Assembly (NCBI GenBank): GCA_050287845.1
Contig: JBNKCR010000024.1
Coordinates: forward strand, 1-24,142
Origin: Polyangia bacterium
GTDB taxonomy: Bacteria > Myxococcota_A > Polyangia > JAAYKL01
Direction of reading: 5' to 3'
Length of the DNA stretch: 24,142 nucleotides
How positions within the stretch are numbered: the first letter of the stretch is position 1; each line of letters starts with the position of its first letter. This document shows, piece by piece, positions 20,263 through 24,142 of the stretch. The position numbers and the translations under genes were made by a program. The notes under the pieces are model-generated. The model ran no database searches, was not told the origin of the DNA, and saw nothing but the letters and a program-made list of their open reading frames with translations.

Positions 20263-20838
20263 ATGAATCTTTGCTGCGGAGGCCAATATCGGAGGTTTAC
20301 GCTTTCTTTCTTTTTATTGCTTCTTGTGGAAGTCCACTCGGAGATGGTGCATGCACAGCTGCATGCTCCACCTTCCCCTGTAAATCTGACTCAATTGGAT
20401 TCACCGTTCATCATCGACTCCGACTCCGACTCCGAAAAAGTGAACATGAAGGCGACCGACTGGAAATACCATGAGAAATTACAGCGCCGCAGCCGTCGCT
20501 TTTTTATATGGGGCGCCCTGCTCACCGCCGTTGGCGTGCCTTTAACTATCTGGGGATACAAATATATGTTGTACCGATCAGAGGAGGAGGCCAACGAGCC
20601 GAAAAATGATGATGACAGTGGAGATGTTCGTCTTTCCCTTTATGCATTCCCTTTCTGCAATGGAATGATTGCGCTGGAGGGCGGAATTACCCTGCTGGTG
20701 TTCGCCATTGTGAACCGGCACAGATATAACCGACTCGTCCGCAGCCGCTTTTCATGGCAATTCCACGTTTCGCCACGGAGTCGCAGCACCATGTTCCATT
20801 CCCGCAACATGGGCATTCATCTCCGATGGGCATTCTGA
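20263..20838 (+). CDS. Hypothetical exported/membrane protein (191 aa)
   Basis: AGGAGG before the ATG, a signal-like N-terminus, a DSDSDS tract (GACTCC x3, 20416-20433), two hydrophobic helices, and a C-terminus ending GIHLRWAF. Confidence 0.7.
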   Translation: MNLCCGGQYRRFTLSFFLLLLVEVHSEMVHAQLHAPPSPVNLTQLDSPFIIDSDSDSEKVNMKATDWKYHEKLQRRSRRFFIWGALLTAVGVPLTIWGYKYMLYRSEEEANEPKNDDDSGDVRLSLYAFPFCNGMIALEGGITLLVFAIVNRHRYNRLVRSRFSWQFHVSPRSRSTMFHSRNMGIHLRWAF

Positions 20839-21222
20839 TGCCGATTGCGCTTGCAGACTGTGACGCGACAAATACACGAAGTGTCAAAATGGCACACGTG
20901 TGCAAAATTAAATCGCACACAGAAGCGATACATCTTTTTTTCAGGAATGGAAAGAAACAGCAGGCATTCCGATTCGTCGGTAAAAATGTTTCCTTCGGAG
21001 GGCCCTCGATTCATCACGTGATGACGTGTCCCCGGATAATCAGTTCGCGGTATCGATAAAGAGATCTCCGGCTGGACGGTTACGCATGTAGTGGCGTTTT
21101 TTTTTTACAACTGTCTGACCGCCCGCTTTTGCATGGCAGATGCACCAGCTCTACAAAGAGCCAGAAACGGAAGCTGGCCTAAAAGGAGAGGTTGTTTCGG
21201 ATATAGGGAATAAAAGACGAAG

Positions 21223-23847
21223 ATGGTAACCAGCAAGACTATCAGTTTCATTTTACTGTTGAATTTGACAATTTGTGTAGGATGCACCGAAAGCGGCAAT
21301 GACAGCGTAATAGAAGACACGGACATTGATTTCGGTACAGACGCCGATTCGGACGCCGATTCGGACGCCGATTCAGACATTGGCACCGACGCGCATCCAG
21401 ATAGGGATACGGCGACTGACTCGGATACTGTTGCCGCGTCGGTAATCATCAATGAAGTCATGGCGGCGAACTTCTTTGGTGCAACTGACGAGGACGGCGA
21501 TGTGGAAGACTGGGTCGAGCTGTACAACACCTCAGAGCGCGAGGTGGACCTGTCGGGCTGGGGGCTGTCGAACAAGCCGGCCAGTCCGTTCCGCTGGGTG
21601 TTCCCTTCCGGTACCTCTCTGTGGTCCAAGGCCTACTTGCGGGTATGGTTGTCAAAGAAGGACCGCACCACGAAAAAAAGCAATCTGCACGCCAACTTCA
21701 ACCTCGACAACGGAGAAGACAAGTTGGTGTTGAGCGCTCCGAACGGCGAGGTCTCCGGTGTGGTGATGGACGCGGTGTCGCTCCCATTGACGAGGCCGGA
21801 CGTGTCGTTCTGCCGTCTGCCCAACGGTACGGTAGCGGCAATGTTCCAGCATTGTATCAAACCCACCCCCGGGACCGCCAACAGCGACACCGGTTACCTC
21901 ACAATGCTGGCCAGGCCCGCATTATCAATTGACTCTGGCATCTATGCTACTTCCCAGAGCGTCACCGCCAGCGGACCGGCGGGTGCGCAACTGCGATACA
22001 CCCTTGACGGTAGCGAGCCCAGCGCCACTTCGTCCCTGTACGATGGCCCAATCACGATATCGCGCAACACGACGCTTCGCGTGGCGGCGTTCCGGGATGA
22101 TGCCGTGACCAGCCCGGTAGAAACCGGCACGTACATTATCGACGCGGCTGATCACTACGTCAACCAGCGCGCCATCTTCCTGACGATGTCACCGGATGAC
22201 ATGTCTCACTACAAAGCCGGAGACCGTCCGCCGAAGGGCTGGATCGCACACGCCGCGATGACCGCGCCGGGTGGAGCGCTCCTGTTCAGCGCGCCATTGC
22301 AGGGTAGTGACGCCGGCCAGCTTGGCAGCTACAACGGTCAGGACAACAATCCGATCGACCTGAAGTTCAGGGACGCGCTGGGTACCAGGGATGTGAAGGT
22401 GGCGGGCCTGTTCGCGGCCAAGCCGGGCACTACTCGTTTCAAGCACCTGAAACTGCGTAACAGTGGCGACGACTACTGGTATGCCCATATGCGTGATCAG
22501 TTCTGGCAGGGGATCCTGGAAGACAAGCTGGCCCCGGGAGCGGCGTCGGAGCCGGTGCAGGTGTTCACCAACGGCACCTACTACGGGATGATGGACTTTC
22601 GGGAGAAGGAGGACGAAACGTTGATCACGGCTACCTACGGCGTGGACAAAGACAACGTCCAGTATCTGAACGACAACAAGGAGCTGAGTGGCACCAATAC
22701 CACGGATGACTACCGGGCCGCGCGGGACTATATACTCTGGCACCCGATGGAGGAGGAGGCCAACTACGAGCAGGCCAGGAAGTTGATAGACGTAGAGAAC
22801 TTCGCGCAGTATTTCGCGCTGCACATGTTCGTGGCCGACCGTGACTGGCTGTGGCGCAACATGCACCGCTTCCGCATGCCCGATTACGACGGCCGATGGC
22901 GCTGGCGTCCCCACGACCTGGACATCTCGGCGGGTGGACACAATGCGTGGGGCTACGATACGTCCGTGGATGAGAACATGAATAATTTCTACGGCGATTA
23001 CGACGTCGGAGATCTGATGAACGCATTGCTGGAAAATCCATCGTTCGAGGCGCGTTACATCAACATTGTTGCCGACCAGCTCAACACCACTCTGGCGCCT
23101 GCGGTACTCAACGCCAGGCTCGACGCTATTGCGGCGGAGATGCTGCCGTACATGGAGGTGCACTGGGCGGCGTTTCCCGATGCGACCCGTGGTGGCTCTT
23201 ACGCGCAGTGGAAGAGCAGTATTGATGAGTTGCGCAACTTCCTCAACAACCGCGAAAGCTACTACGACGCCCACACGCGCGACAAGTTCGATCTCAGCGA
23301 ACGCAAGTCACTGACAGTGTCGGTGAACGACCCGGCGATGGGAGCGGTAAAGGTGAATACAATTGATCTCAGCAGCCGTTTGAGCGGCACTGCATTTTCC
23401 TGGACCGGCAGGTACTATCCCGAGGTTCAGGTGATTCTGGAGGCCAGACCCAGGCCCGGCTACGTGTTCGTTGGCTGGGAGGGTGCCAATACCAGCACCA
23501 CTGCCGCCATCAGCGTCAGCGTGGCAACCGACGGCCTGACCTATCAGGCGGTGTTCGCACCGGCGGGCACAGTGGAGGCGCCTGCCGTGGCGACGATTGC
23601 GGCGCAGACCTTTCTTACCGGTGACGTGGTCAGCCTGGATGTGTCGGCCACTGATCCGGCCGGATACGAGCTGAGCTACTCAGCCAGGAAGCTGCCTTCA
23701 GGGCTGTCGATTAGCGTCGATACCGGCCGCATTTACGGTAAACCCACCAGAGGAGGTGCATTCGACAGCACCATCACGGCCACCAACAACAGGGCGGCAA
23801 CGACCATTGATGTCGCCTGGCAGATCACCAACCGGGTGCCCGAATAG
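21223..23847 (+). CDS. CotH kinase-family lipoprotein: lamin-tail domain, Fn3/chitobiase-like domain, CotH, beta-repeat, putative Ig domain (874 aa)
   Basis: Lipobox-like CVG-C21, Asp/Thr-rich linker, LTD (VIINEVMAAN...DWVELYN...VDLSGWGL), LRYTLDGSEP, CotH core (LKLRNSGDD, NGTYYG, RDW..RN, RWRW..DLDIS), ARPRPGYVFVGWEG, LPSGLSI...GRIYGKPT. Confidence 0.88.
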   Translation: MVTSKTISFILLLNLTICVGCTESGNDSVIEDTDIDFGTDADSDADSDADSDIGTDAHPDRDTATDSDTVAASVIINEVMAANFFGATDEDGDVEDWVELYNTSEREVDLSGWGLSNKPASPFRWVFPSGTSLWSKAYLRVWLSKKDRTTKKSNLHANFNLDNGEDKLVLSAPNGEVSGVVMDAVSLPLTRPDVSFCRLPNGTVAAMFQHCIKPTPGTANSDTGYLTMLARPALSIDSGIYATSQSVTASGPAGAQLRYTLDGSEPSATSSLYDGPITISRNTTLRVAAFRDDAVTSPVETGTYIIDAADHYVNQRAIFLTMSPDDMSHYKAGDRPPKGWIAHAAMTAPGGALLFSAPLQGSDAGQLGSYNGQDNNPIDLKFRDALGTRDVKVAGLFAAKPGTTRFKHLKLRNSGDDYWYAHMRDQFWQGILEDKLAPGAASEPVQVFTNGTYYGMMDFREKEDETLITATYGVDKDNVQYLNDNKELSGTNTTDDYRAARDYILWHPMEEEANYEQARKLIDVENFAQYFALHMFVADRDWLWRNMHRFRMPDYDGRWRWRPHDLDISAGGHNAWGYDTSVDENMNNFYGDYDVGDLMNALLENPSFEARYINIVADQLNTTLAPAVLNARLDAIAAEMLPYMEVHWAAFPDATRGGSYAQWKSSIDELRNFLNNRESYYDAHTRDKFDLSERKSLTVSVNDPAMGAVKVNTIDLSSRLSGTAFSWTGRYYPEVQVILEARPRPGYVFVGWEGANTSTTAAISVSVATDGLTYQAVFAPAGTVEAPAVATIAAQTFLTGDVVSLDVSATDPAGYELSYSARKLPSGLSISVDTGRIYGKPTRGGAFDSTITATNNRAATTIDVAWQITNRVPE
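21340..21375 (+). repeat. 12-nt tandem repeat x3 (GACGCCGATTCG) encoding DADS in the lipoprotein linker
   Basis: Units at 21340, 21352 and 21364; the last has one mismatch. Confidence 0.85.
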
Positions 23848-23932
23848 CGGGACAGAACGACCTCAACCAAAGCGTTGACCAAACGCGAATGTTGCAAAAA
23901 GCCCATGACACAAACCGCTGTCGCTCGCACAA

Positions 23933-23948
23933 TGGCACACCATCTGCT
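23933..23948 (+). promoter_or_regulatory. Candidate sigma54 promoter pointing out of the window
   Basis: TGGCACA-CCAT-CTGCT with canonical GG/GC spacing. Confidence 0.4.
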
Positions 23949-24000
23949 TCTGTGCTTAATTTTTCCGGATACAACGAACGGTGAGTCCGCCTTAGGACAG

Positions 24001-24142
24001 TAGGACAGTGGTCGAAATAAAATTGCCAACATGGCATTTGCTGCGCCGGACCGGCAAGGCGCGAGGAGCGGAACATACCGGGGTATGCGACCGACGAGCA
24101 ACGAAGTCGGGCGGGATGCAGCGGAGGCAAGGTGCCAATTTT
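24001..24142. repeat. Imperfect palindromic MITE/REPIN-like element, truncated by the window end
   Basis: Left arm TAGGACAGTGGTCGAAATAAAATTGCCA. The window ends in GTGCCAATTTT, the start of the complementary arm. Inner pairing GCTGCGCC/GGATGCAGC, central hairpin CATAC-cggg-GTATG (24074-24087), and TAGGACAG duplicated at 23993-24008. Confidence 0.6.

Noticed and set aside
20890..20905. TGGCAC-containing sigma54-like motif
   Set aside because: GG-to-GC spacing is one base short of the strict -24/-12 requirement.
22189..23274. 361-aa minus-strand ORF
   Set aside because: Antisense shadow of the GC3-rich CotH gene.

Overview
This is a 24-kb bacterial chromosomal window. It is probably from a delta-proteobacterial/Myxococcota-type organism, inferred from the tandem zinc-ribbon-FHA genes, the Asp/Thr/Ser-rich linker lipoprotein and several sigma54-type promoter motifs. 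The left half is a tightly packed minus-strand run: AmmeMemoRadiSam radical SAM, DUF72, rapZ, an ABC-F ATPase, a 989-aa GHKL/HSP90-like ATPase with a membrane-flanked transglutaminase-like domain, and a translationally coupled 411-aa protein that looks like a degenerate GHKL ATPase. The last two are the most unusual feature. Next come two zinc-ribbon/double-FHA genes, a comM-recA pair with candidate sigma54 and LexA(Cheo)-like upstream sites, a nitroreductase, a hybrid sensor kinase, a flavodoxin-like oxidoreductase, a YafY/WYL regulator, a small membrane protein and a CotH-family lipoprotein. Both ends of the window lie in related imperfect-palindromic, MITE/REPIN-like elements. No rRNA, tRNA, CRISPR array or transposase was seen. 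All family calls come from motif reading, not database searches.
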